This document shows, in pieces, positions 1-8,308 of a stretch of 64,000 nucleotides of DNA. A program made the translations under genes and the position numbers. Each line of letters starts with the position of its first letter. The first letter of the stretch is position 1. Origin of the DNA: Candidatus Latescibacterota bacterium (lineage in GTDB: Bacteria > Latescibacterota > UBA2968 > UBA8231); assembly GCA_965208105.1 (NCBI GenBank), contig OZ242318.1, positions 4,032,001-4,096,000 on the forward strand. Direction: 5' to 3'. The notes under the pieces were generated by a model, which was not told the origin of the DNA, did not search any database, and worked only from the letters and a program-made list of their open reading frames with translations.

Positions 1-1834
1 CATGGATGCTGAAATCCGTGCCGAGCTTGTACCATTCCTTCTTGAGCTCATCGGGGCTGAGGCGATCGGTGCCTGATTTGTCGAGATACTTTCTCGCCAC
101 GTTCAAGCGCCGCTCGGCCAGGGAGCCCACGTCAACTGAAATTTTGAAGGAAAAGAGGTCGTTGAGGGGATTTTCGGCGTAGTAGACTTTTATGCCGGGA
201 CGCAACTCTCTGATCTCGTAGTCGCGGCCGGGAACAACGAAAACAGGCTCGATTTCCTGGTAGGGCATGCGGATGAGGGAATCGAAGAATGCCGACTGCC
301 GGGCGGGATCGATCTCGATTTTGTCGAGTGGCGGCTTTTCGATGTCGGGCAGGTCGGGCTTTCCGTCGCGGCGGTAGCCGGCGACGTAACCATCGCCGAA
401 GTATCTTCTGGCGGCGAGGACGATGTCCTGCTTCTCGAGTTTTTCCATGCGTTGCAGCGCCCCAACGGCATGTTTCCAATCCTCGTGCGAGAGGAAGGCA
501 TCGCGCATGAGGCCGACCCGGGAATCATTGCCTTCGAGCTTTTTCTTCTGATTCTTCTTGAAGTCGGTGATGATGGCCGGGATGATCCAGTCGTCGAACC
601 GCCCTTCTTTGATGAGCTCGATCTGCTCGATCAAGAGCTCTTCGACTTCCCCCAAGCTCTGGCCTTCCTTGGGAACCCCCCACAAGTACTGGGCGCCGTA
701 GTCGTTGTGTAACCACGGGTAGGAACCGGCCTGGCGAACCTTTTGCCGCTGGTTGAGGTTGAGGTTGATGAGCCCGGCCACGGAATTGTCCAGGATCATG
801 TCGAGGACCTGCAGGGTCTCGGCGTCCTTGTCATTCCCCGGCGCGGTGCGGAAGGCCAGAAGAACGTATTCCTCTCCTTCGTAGAACACCTCCACCCGCT
901 CCACCTGCTCGATTCTGTCTTCGTTCCACCTTCTTTCCCCGGGCAATTCTCCCTCTCTCCAGATGGAGAACTCGGCGTCGATGAGATCGATGGTCTTCTC
1001 GATGTCGATGTCGCCGGAGATGAGAATGGCCATGTTGTTGGGAACATAGTAGCTGCGGTAAAACTCGTACATTCTCTCCAGGGAGGGGTTTTTGAGGTGC
1101 TCGACCGAGCCCAGGGTAGCGTTCCTGTAGGGATGGACCTTGTAAAGTCGTTCGGCCACGGCCGTGCGAATCACCCTCCCCTTGTTGTCCATGGACCGGT
1201 TCTTTTCCTCGTAGACGGTTTCCAACTCGGTTTGAAACAGTCGGAAGACCGGGTTGGAGAAGCGCTCGGCCTCGATTCTTGCCCACTGGGCCAGGCGGTT
1301 TGCCGGAAGGTCCACCTTGTAGACGGTTTCCTCCTTCCAGGTGTGGGCATTGAGACCTTTGGCGCCCATGGCGGCGTAGAGTCTGTCGATCTCGTTGGGG
1401 ATGGCGTATTCGGCCGCGAGCTGGGCTTCCGCATTGATCAAGCTGTAGATCTCCCGGCGTTTTTCGGGATCGCTCTGGGCATAATGTTCTTCGTAGAGGG
1501 CGACGATGCGGTCCAGGTGCGGCCTTTCGCGCTCGTAGTCCAGGACGCCGAGATTGTCCGTGCCCTTGAAAAGCATGTGCTCCAGGTAATGGGCGATGCC
1601 GGTGGCTTCCGGCGGGTCGTGTTTGCTTCCGGCGCGGACGGCGATTTCGGCGTAGAAACGCGGCTCCTCGCGGTTTTCGCTGAGGTATGCGAGGAGACCG
1701 TTGTCGAGTTCGAATATGTGGACCTGCATGGGATCGGCCGGGTCCGGGCCCTGCACCAGTCTGTAGTCGGCATTGAGGGGCAGGGCGCATATCAGCAGGA
1801 AAAGTGAATAACAGGAAATCCAGCAGTCTTTCAT
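1..1834 (-). CDS. M16 family (insulinase/pitrilysin-like) zinc protease, secreted; runs off the window start
   Basis: Manual translation from ATG at 1834 gives MKDCWISCYSLFLLICALPLNA (signal-like), LDNGL, and GSKHDP...GIAHYLEHMLFKG with the inverted HxxEH zinc motif. Absent from the ORF track because it is partial. Confidence 0.9.
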   Translation of the reverse strand, partial: MKDCWISCYSLFLLICALPLNADYRLVQGPDPADPMQVHIFELDNGLLAYLSENREEPRFYAEIAVRAGSKHDPPEATGIAHYLEHMLFKGTDNLGVLDYERERPHLDRIVALYEEHYAQSDPEKRREIYSLINAEAQLAAEYAIPNEIDRLYAAMGAKGLNAHTWKEETVYKVDLPANRLAQWARIEAERFSNPVFRLFQTELETVYEEKNRSMDNKGRVIRTAVAERLYKVHPYRNATLGSVEHLKNPSLERMYEFYRSYYVPNNMAILISGDIDIEKTIDLIDAEFSIWREGELPGERRWNEDRIEQVERVEVFYEGEEYVLLAFRTAPGNDKDAETLQVLDMILDNSVAGLINLNLNQRQKVRQAGSYPWLHNDYGAQYLWGVPKEGQSLGEVEELLIEQIELIKEGRFDDWIIPAIITDFKKNQKKKLEGNDSRVGLMRDAFLSHEDWKHAVGALQRMEKLEKQDIVLAARRYFGDGYVAGYRRDGKPDLPDIEKPPLDKIEIDPARQSAFFDSLIRMPYQEIEPVFVVPGRDYEIRELRPGIKVYYAENPLNDLFSFKISVDVGSLAERRLNVARKYLDKSGTDRLSPDELKKEWYKLGTDFSIH

Positions 1835-2185
1835 GGAAAAAGTCCTTTGGAGTCGGGCAGAGGGTCCGTAGGGCGCCTGGTTGCAGGGGTGCCTCGAGAA
1901 ATGAAAAAGAAGGGAACAAGGATGTCAAATTTTCAGCGGGTCCGGACCTCGGAGGCGTGCACGGTGACATTTTCCGCGGCATGGGGAGAGAATCGGTCCG
2001 GCCGGATTCATCCACCGCGGCGGAAGATGGAGCGGGAGATAACTGGTTCAGTCGAATCGGCAGCCCCGGGTCCTTGCCCCTGCGAGGAGAGATTCTGCAA
2101 CCGGCACGGAATTTGATTGACCAGAGGGGTCAGGACCTCATCGGAATGGAGTTCGGCCGGGTTTCAAGTTCGGAGGTGTAACAGG

Positions 2186-2941
2186 ATGTTCACACTAGGG
2201 AATAATGTGAGGCGGCTGGGGGCGGCTCTGCTGGATTTCGTCTACCCTCTGCACTGTCAGGGATGCGAGAGGCCACTGGAACCATCGGACGTGGATCTTT
2301 GCACGAGGTGCTGGATGGAAATTCTCAGCGCGGCCAGCGGCTCCGGCACGCACTGTAGCCGTTGTGGCTGCCCGCTGGAAAACTCCGAGGCTTCATGTGG
2401 CCATTGCGCCGAATGGGAGCCGGAATTTGAGCGCGCGCTGATACTCGGGCCTTTCGAAGGGGCTCTGCAGCGCGCCGTTCACGCGAGCAAGTTCAAACAG
2501 CAGAGAAAGTTGGGGCGGGAATTGGGACGCCGCCTGGGACAGTCGGCCGCGCTGATCCGGGAATTGCGGCAGGTGGATTTGCTGGTCCCCGTACCCCTGC
2601 ACCCGGCGCGGCAGCGGGAGCGGGGCTACAACCAGAGCCTGTGCATCGCCCAGGGCCTGGGGGAGGTCCTGGACCTGCCCGTGCGCGACAGGCTGCTGCT
2701 GCGCCGGCTCAATACGCGGCAACAGGCCAAACTGGACTCGGAAGCCAGGCGCCGGAACCTGTGCGGTGCATTCGAGGTTATCGAGGAATTGCCTCCCCAT
2801 GAGTGTATCGGGGTCGTAGACGACGTGATCACCTCCGGATCGACCCTCAATGCGTGTGCACGGGCCCTCAACCTCGCTGGCGCCCACCGCATCCGGGCCA
2901 TCGCCCTGGCCAGCCCTCCTCGAGCTCAGGGGAATAGATAG
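2186..2941 (+). CDS. comF: ComF family protein (double zinc ribbon + phosphoribosyltransferase)
   Basis: Four CxxC pairs, VPVPLH, ERGYNQ, and the PRPP-binding loop VVDDVITSGST. Start uncertain (track start 2117). Confidence 0.85.
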   Translation: MFTLGNNVRRLGAALLDFVYPLHCQGCERPLEPSDVDLCTRCWMEILSAASGSGTHCSRCGCPLENSEASCGHCAEWEPEFERALILGPFEGALQRAVHASKFKQQRKLGRELGRRLGQSAALIRELRQVDLLVPVPLHPARQRERGYNQSLCIAQGLGEVLDLPVRDRLLLRRLNTRQQAKLDSEARRRNLCGAFEVIEELPPHECIGVVDDVITSGSTLNACARALNLAGAHRIRAIALASPPRAQGNR

Positions 2942-2977
2942 GTCTGCCGACAACTCTGCCAACCAGGTTCCATTCAC

Positions 2978-3006
2978 TTGATCTAATTTACGCCTCACAT
3001 TAAGTT
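2978..3006 (+). promoter_or_regulatory. Putative sigma70 promoter of the pfk-pgk-tpi-secG operon
   Basis: TTGATC-N17-TAAGTT in the AT-rich intergenic region, about 75 nt upstream of pfk. Confidence 0.45.
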
Positions 3007-3080
3007 TATGTCTCAATATCCTCATTGAATACAAGCGAGACTCCGCAAAGCGTTCCCAGGGCAAGGGAACATGGCAAGGA

Positions 3081-4142
3081 ATGGACCGTATGAACAAAAT
3101 GACTGTCGGCATCTTGACCGGAGGCGGGGACTGTCCCGGGTTGAACGCCGTGATCCGCGCGGCTGTGCGCAAAGGCATCGTGGTCTACGGAGACCGCTTC
3201 AGGGGGGTGCTGAAGGGCTGGAAGGGGATGATGGAGGGCTTGTGGGAGCCATTGGGGTTGGAGGAGATTTCCGGGATTTTGCCCAAGGGTGGAACGATCC
3301 TTGGAACTTCCCGGACCAATCCCTTCAAGGACCCGGATGGCGGAGATATCGTCGTGGAGAACATGAAGCGCATGAAGCTGGACGCCCTGATCGCCATCGG
3401 CGGTGACGATACCCTCAACGTGGCGCACAAGTTGGACGCCATGGGGATGCCCGTGGTAGGAGTGCCCAAGACCATCGACAACGATATCAACCAGACGGAT
3501 TACACCTTTGGCTTCGATACGGCCGTCAATATCGTCACCGAAGCCATCGACCGCATTCATACCACGGCCGAGTCACACAACCGGGTAATGATAATCGAGG
3601 TGATGGGCCGTCACAGCGGGTGGATTGCCACCTACGCCGGCATAGCCGGCGGTGCCGATATGCTGCTCATTCCCGAGCAGCAGTACTCGGTCGATGAGAT
3701 AGTCGGCAGCATCAAGAAGCGCCACAAGCGCGGCAAGGATTTCAGCATCGTCGTTGTGGCCGAGGGTGTCGAGATCGACCTGGCCGGCGAGGGAGAGAAG
3801 AAGTCGGTGGTTTCCGAAACCATAACGGACGAATTCGGCAATGTGAAATTGGGCGGGGTGGGCCACCTCGTAGCCACGGAAATCGAAGAACGCACCGGTT
3901 ACGAGACCCGGGTGACGGTCCTGGGCCATCTGCAGCGCGGAGGTACTCCCTCCGCTTTCGACAGAGTCCTGGGGACGCGCTTCGGCATTGCCGCAATCGA
4001 CCTCGTGCATCGCCAGGACTACGGCAAGATGGTAAGTCTGCAGGGCAACGAGGTCGTCGCCGTTCCGATAGGTGATGCCATCGGGGATCTGAAGATGGTG
4101 AGCGACGATCTTTTCGATATAGCCACGGTATTTTTCGGATGA
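3081..4142 (+). CDS. pfkA: 6-phosphofructokinase (PfkA family, group III; signature of PPi dependence)
   Basis: GGGDCPGLN, GGTILGTSR, GGDDT, PKTIDND, EVMGR, LGHLQRGG. Confidence 0.95.
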   Translation: MDRMNKMTVGILTGGGDCPGLNAVIRAAVRKGIVVYGDRFRGVLKGWKGMMEGLWEPLGLEEISGILPKGGTILGTSRTNPFKDPDGGDIVVENMKRMKLDALIAIGGDDTLNVAHKLDAMGMPVVGVPKTIDNDINQTDYTFGFDTAVNIVTEAIDRIHTTAESHNRVMIIEVMGRHSGWIATYAGIAGGADMLLIPEQQYSVDEIVGSIKKRHKRGKDFSIVVVAEGVEIDLAGEGEKKSVVSETITDEFGNVKLGGVGHLVATEIEERTGYETRVTVLGHLQRGGTPSAFDRVLGTRFGIAAIDLVHRQDYGKMVSLQGNEVVAVPIGDAIGDLKMVSDDLFDIATVFFG

Positions 4143-4154
4143 AAAGGTGAGAAA

Positions 4155-5354
4155 ATAGCCAGGCATACCGTCAGAGACGTCGATGTGGCCGGCAGGAAGG
4201 TGCTGGTGCGGGTGGACTTCAACGTGCCGCTGACCGACGGGGGAAAGGTCCTGGACGATACCCGCCTGCAAGCCTCCCTTGGCACCTTGAAGTTTTTGCT
4301 GGAACGTGGTGCCGCCCTCATTCTGATGTCGCACCTGGGACGCCCCAGGGGCAGAAGGGTAGCCCACATGTCGTTGCGGCCGGTGGCCGCCCGCCTGGGC
4401 CGCATGCTGGGCCGCCCCGTGCAACTGGCGGAGGACTGCGTCGGCCCCGATGTGGAGCGACGGGCCCGGGCCCTCGAACCCGGGCAGATTCTCCTTCTTG
4501 AAAATGTGCGGTTCCATCCTGAAGAGGAGGCCAACGATCCCCGGTTTGCCGGCCGGCTGGCGGCTTTGGGCGAGATCTACATCAACGATGCCTTTGGTGC
4601 GGCACACCGCGCCCACGCTTCCACGGAAGGAATCGCCCACCATCTTCCCGTGGCTGTGAGCGGGTTGTTGATGGAGAAGGAGATCCATTACCTGGATGAG
4701 GTCGTGAAGTCGCCGCGGAGGCCGTTGGTGGCCATCCTGGGCGGCGCCAAAGTGTCGAGCAAGATCAAGGTCATAGAAAACCTCCTTGGATTGGTGGATG
4801 AGCTGCTCATCGGCGGAGCAATGTCCTACACCTTTCTGAAGGCCACTGGATCGGAGGTGGGCGTCTCACTTCTGGAGGAGGATCAAATCGGGACCGCCGG
4901 ACAGTTGCTCAGGGAGGCGGCGGCCAAAGGGGTAGAGATGCTCTTGCCCCTGGATTACGTGGTGGCATCCAGCTTCTCGGCGACCGCTTCGACCCGGGTG
5001 GTAGAGCGAACCGCCATACCACCCGGCTGGCAAGGTATGGATATCGGCGCCAGGTCCTGCCAACTCTACGCCGCCAGGATCAGGGCTGCTCGGACAGTGG
5101 TTTGGAATGGACCCATGGGCGTGTTCGAGATGGCGCCCTTTGCCGCGGGAACGAGGGCGATAGCAAAGGCTCTGGCCGCGGCTGCGGACCAGGGATCGAC
5201 CGCGATCCTTGGCGGCGGAGACACGGCGGCGGCTGTCTCCCAGGTGGGTTTGGGGCACAAGATGACCCACATCTCCACCGGCGGAGGAGCCGCCCTTGAG
5301 TGCATGGGTGGCGGGGTCCTGCCCGGGGTGGCGGCGCTGTCGGAGGGGATGTGA
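4155..5354 (+). CDS. pgk: Phosphoglycerate kinase (start probably ATA at 4155; first canonical start is GTG 4185)
   Basis: VRVDFNVP, LLENVRF, NDAFGAAHRAHAS, GGAKVSSK, WNGPMGVFE, GGGDT, STGGGA. Confidence 0.95.
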   Translation: MARHTVRDVDVAGRKVLVRVDFNVPLTDGGKVLDDTRLQASLGTLKFLLERGAALILMSHLGRPRGRRVAHMSLRPVAARLGRMLGRPVQLAEDCVGPDVERRARALEPGQILLLENVRFHPEEEANDPRFAGRLAALGEIYINDAFGAAHRAHASTEGIAHHLPVAVSGLLMEKEIHYLDEVVKSPRRPLVAILGGAKVSSKIKVIENLLGLVDELLIGGAMSYTFLKATGSEVGVSLLEEDQIGTAGQLLREAAAKGVEMLLPLDYVVASSFSATASTRVVERTAIPPGWQGMDIGARSCQLYAARIRAARTVVWNGPMGVFEMAPFAAGTRAIAKALAAAADQGSTAILGGGDTAAAVSQVGLGHKMTHISTGGGAALECMGGGVLPGVAALSEGM

Positions 5355-5357
5355 ACC

Positions 5358-6116
5358 ATGCGCAGACCAATAGTTGCTGCAAATTGGAAAATGCACAACA
5401 CACCGGTGCGCGCCGGAGAATTAGCCGCCGGGCTCAGACCTCTGGTTTCCCCTTTGTGCGCGGACCGGGAGGTGGTCCTGTGCCCGCCGTTTACAAGCCT
5501 GCAGGCCGTGCGCGCTGCTCTGCAGGGCAGTCCCATTGCCTTGGGGGCACAGAACATGCACTGGGCGACGGAAGGGGCATATACCGGAGAGGTGTCGGCG
5601 GAGATGATCTTGACCAGTGGATGCACTTACGTTATATTAGGCCACTCCGAGCGCCGCCAGTATTTCGGCGAGACTTGCGCAACGGTCAACCGCAAGGTTA
5701 TCGCTGCTTTCCAAGCCGGTTTGACCCCTATAGTCTGCGTTGGCGAGAGCCTTGAACAACGCAACTCGGGGCTAATGGAGGATGTGGTGCTGGGGCAAGC
5801 CGAAGCGGCACTGAAGGGCGTTTCTGCAGAGGATGCCCGCAGGCTGGTGTTGGCCTACGAGCCTTTATGGGCGATTGGGACGGGCGAGACTGCCACCGCC
5901 GCGCAAGCGGAGGCTGCTCACACCTCGATTCGCGCCTTCCTGGCCGCGGCCTTTGCAGCAGAGGTTGCCGCGCAGGTCCGCATCCTTTACGGCGGCAGTG
6001 TGAAGCCCGAAAATGCGGCGGATCTCTTTTCCCGCGAAGAAATCGACGGCGGCCTGATCGGAGGCGCATCACTGAGGGCAAAGGATTTCACTGCAATCGC
6101 AGGAGCTACAGTCTAG
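5358..6116 (+). CDS. tpiA: Triosephosphate isomerase
   Basis: NWKM, GHSERR, AYEPLWAIGTG, YGGSV, GGASL. Confidence 0.97.
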   Translation: MRRPIVAANWKMHNTPVRAGELAAGLRPLVSPLCADREVVLCPPFTSLQAVRAALQGSPIALGAQNMHWATEGAYTGEVSAEMILTSGCTYVILGHSERRQYFGETCATVNRKVIAAFQAGLTPIVCVGESLEQRNSGLMEDVVLGQAEAALKGVSAEDARRLVLAYEPLWAIGTGETATAAQAEAAHTSIRAFLAAAFAAEVAAQVRILYGGSVKPENAADLFSREEIDGGLIGGASLRAKDFTAIAGATV

Positions 6117-6117
6117 C

Positions 6118-6513
6118 ATGGTGGTATTTCTGACCATTTTTCACGTCTTAATCTGCCTCCTTCTGGTCGCGGCCGTTCTGATGCAGTCGGGAAAGGGAGG
6201 CGGGCTCGCCGGTTCCATTGGCGGCGGCCTGAGTTCTACTTCAGTGCTGGGCGGCCGCTCGGCTTCCACCTTCCTCACCAAGGCCACGGCGGTACTGGCG
6301 ACTGCGTTCATGTTGATCTGTATCGTTCAGGCAATCACCTACGACACCTCGGGCGAGATGCCCACTTCTGCTAGTGAGCGCATGCTGGAGGAAGGTGGCT
6401 CACCCATGGAGCCGGCGGCGTTGTTCAACGAAACCGACGGGCTCCCCTTGAGGGAGTCGGGTCAAGAGGAAACGAACTCGGGCCAGAGTTCGGAGGCCGA
6501 ACAAGCACCCTGA
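6118..6513 (+). CDS. secG: Preprotein translocase subunit SecG
   Basis: Two TM segments with VLMQSGKGGGL...GG...FLTKAT; conserved position after tpiA and before tRNA-Leu. Confidence 0.92.
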   Translation: MVVFLTIFHVLICLLLVAAVLMQSGKGGGLAGSIGGGLSSTSVLGGRSASTFLTKATAVLATAFMLICIVQAITYDTSGEMPTSASERMLEEGGSPMEPAALFNETDGLPLRESGQEETNSGQSSEAEQAP

Positions 6514-6532
6514 GAATCTTTCACTCCTTACT

Positions 6533-6617
6533 GCCGAAGTGGTGAAACTGGTAGACACGCTGTCTTGAGGGGGCAGTGCCTCCGGGCGTCGGGGTTCGAG
6601 TCCCCGCTTCGGCACCA
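6533..6617 (+). tRNA. tRNA-Leu(GAG)
   Basis: Acceptor stem GCCGAAG/CTTCGGC plus ACCA; D-arm GGTGAAACTGGTAGACAC; anticodon loop TTGAGGG; long variable arm; T-loop GGTTCGAGTCC. Confidence 0.97.
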
Positions 6618-6750
6618 TTTTTCTTTTTCCCAATTATTCCCCCAGCATTTAAGTAAAGTCCCCTTCCGACAGCCTGGGCGAGCGAGGCTTTTGTTCAGGG
6701 GGCGGTCTTTTCCCTGCCGTATCCATGCAGTACCATGAGATGGCTGAAGG

Positions 6751-6963
6751 TCAGCAGTTTCTTTGCAGTATGCCCTCCAGTTCTTCGACAATCTCTTTAT
6801 AGGTCCGATGGGCATTTGGGGCTGGGAGGTAGAAGACGATCTCATGTTCCAGGCTGTCCCCGTCCTGGGCGTAATAAGTCACTTTCGCCATTATTGATTT
6901 CAATTTCTTGACATAGAATGATTCGACCTTGGTTTTGGTCGGCAAGAACTCGAATTTAGCCAT
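6751..6963 (-). CDS. Small hypothetical protein (70 aa)
   Basis: ATG-started ORF with protein-like composition in the AT-richer islet downstream of the tRNA; no family recognised. Confidence 0.4.
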   Translation of the reverse strand: MAKFEFLPTKTKVESFYVKKLKSIMAKVTYYAQDGDSLEHEIVFYLPAPNAHRTYKEIVEELEGILQRNC

Positions 6964-6979
6964 TAGGTTTTCTTCGATT

Positions 6980-7162
6980 TCAGGAGCTGCCTGTCGAAGT
7001 TAAATTTTCTTCAATCCTATCCGGAGTCATTGGAATCTGCTCTTCAGTGGTGAATTCCTTGTCCGGCAAAATCTTCTCCATCCAAATTGTAGCCCCTTGA
7101 AACCCGGCGCTAGTCTTCCCACCAAGAAGACTGTCCTCACGCGCCGTTCCATGTAGTTTCAA
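6980..7162 (-). CDS. Small hypothetical protein or gene fragment (60 aa)
   Basis: Co-oriented and closely spaced with the neighbouring small ORFs; no motif. Confidence 0.25.
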   Translation of the reverse strand: MKLHGTAREDSLLGGKTSAGFQGATIWMEKILPDKEFTTEEQIPMTPDRIEENLTSTGSS

Positions 7163-7189
7163 GGGGCTCTAAATTTTAAACTATCTGGA

Positions 7190-7402
7190 TCAGTTGGAGG
7201 TTTCTTGAGAGGAAGCCATGGGCTCCAGGTCCTTCTTTTTTCGGGGGAACCCGCGTTTCCACTCTCTAATGGATGCGAGTATCCCGGTAAATCCGCCGAA
7301 ACACAATACCAGGAGGAAAAGAAGAATCGCCGCCACCACGATCAGCAGAATAGCGGCGAGGAAATCCCAGAAGGCGGATTCTGGTATGGGCACCCCAGTC
7401 AT
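7190..7402 (-). CDS. Small single-pass membrane protein (70 aa)
   Basis: Long hydrophobic stretch (FLAAILLIVVAAILLFLLVLCFGG) followed by a basic tail; AGGGGA upstream of the ATG. Confidence 0.4.
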   Translation of the reverse strand: MTGVPIPESAFWDFLAAILLIVVAAILLFLLVLCFGGFTGILASIREWKRGFPRKKKDLEPMASSQETSN

Positions 7403-7569
7403 GCTTCCAATCCCCTGTTAAACATTTATTTCCCTTGGGCACGCCTGCTGGACCCAGCCCAATGGGGAAATTAGAATCCTCCTCCCTACCTCTGGTTCTC
7501 CACTCAAATCCTGAGACCCGCGGCCCGGTCCCCAACAGAGAGACCGAGCCAACTTCCCCGTGCAGGTCC

Positions 7570-7815
7570 CAGGAACAAAATCATCCAGGTCGAAAATCCA
7601 GAGTAATCGGCCATGGCAAAGGAATCGCCAATTCTATTCTTCGGTAACCGGCCGGACCAAAGCGGGTATTGCCGCTGTCGAAGGCATCCCGGAACGGGAA
7701 GAAATCCTCCAAGTTAAAAATGCCATCGTCATTGAAGTCGATCTCCGCTGTGGAGTTGGGACAGGAGTTTCGTGGATTTCAGTATTGGCGGTTTGATTGT
7801 CTTGAACGAATTCAT
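7570..7815 (-). pseudogene. Degraded dockerin/EF-hand-repeat protein fragment
   Basis: Minus strand reads EIDFNDDGIFNLEDFFPFRDAFD...RF..G..RIE, then in shifted frames GDSFAMADY and IFDLDDFV. Frameshifts and stops break the frame. Confidence 0.5.
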
Positions 7816-8308
7816 CCGCGTTTCCCTTTGTTCAGTGTATAATATAGAACATTAAAGTGAAAATAAATTGAAGATTTGCCTTTGTTTGGTGATATTTCAG
7901 TGGAAAATTATTCGGCCATCTGCTTTTTTCGAATCCAAGGCAACTCGGAAGACGCTAACGGACAAAACAAACCACACCTTCCGGGGGCGCCGTGGAGAAT
8001 GCTACCAGCGCTATGCTGGGCCTAGTCGGGGTGGAACTTGGACCGCGACCGCACCAGAGATCTGACGGCCGGAGAAGATCATCTCCAAGTAGTTGTGTGG
8101 GGTGTATGCTCCCTATTCCTCTGAACAACCTAAAGGTGAAAAACCGGTGAGATTTATTTTTATTTGGTGGTGTTTTGGCGTACATTGGTTCCGCTGCCTA
8201 TTTTGTTGTGTCCGGTTCAAGTGAGGGGAGGCCAAGTCTGCCTCAAAATCTCCTTCAGGTGATGGGACTCCCGAGAGAGGCTGATCCCCGAAAACCAGGA
8301 GAAGGGAA

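Noticed and set aside
743-1807. 354-aa plus-strand ORF and 394-aa alternative-frame ORF (831-2015)
   Set aside because: Shadows of the M16 peptidase on the minus strand, which carries the real HxxEH motif.
8211-8225. GGTTCAAGT as a possible attR copy of the tRNA-Leu 3' end
   Set aside because: Only a T-loop-like 9-mer; the stem and acceptor sequence do not match.
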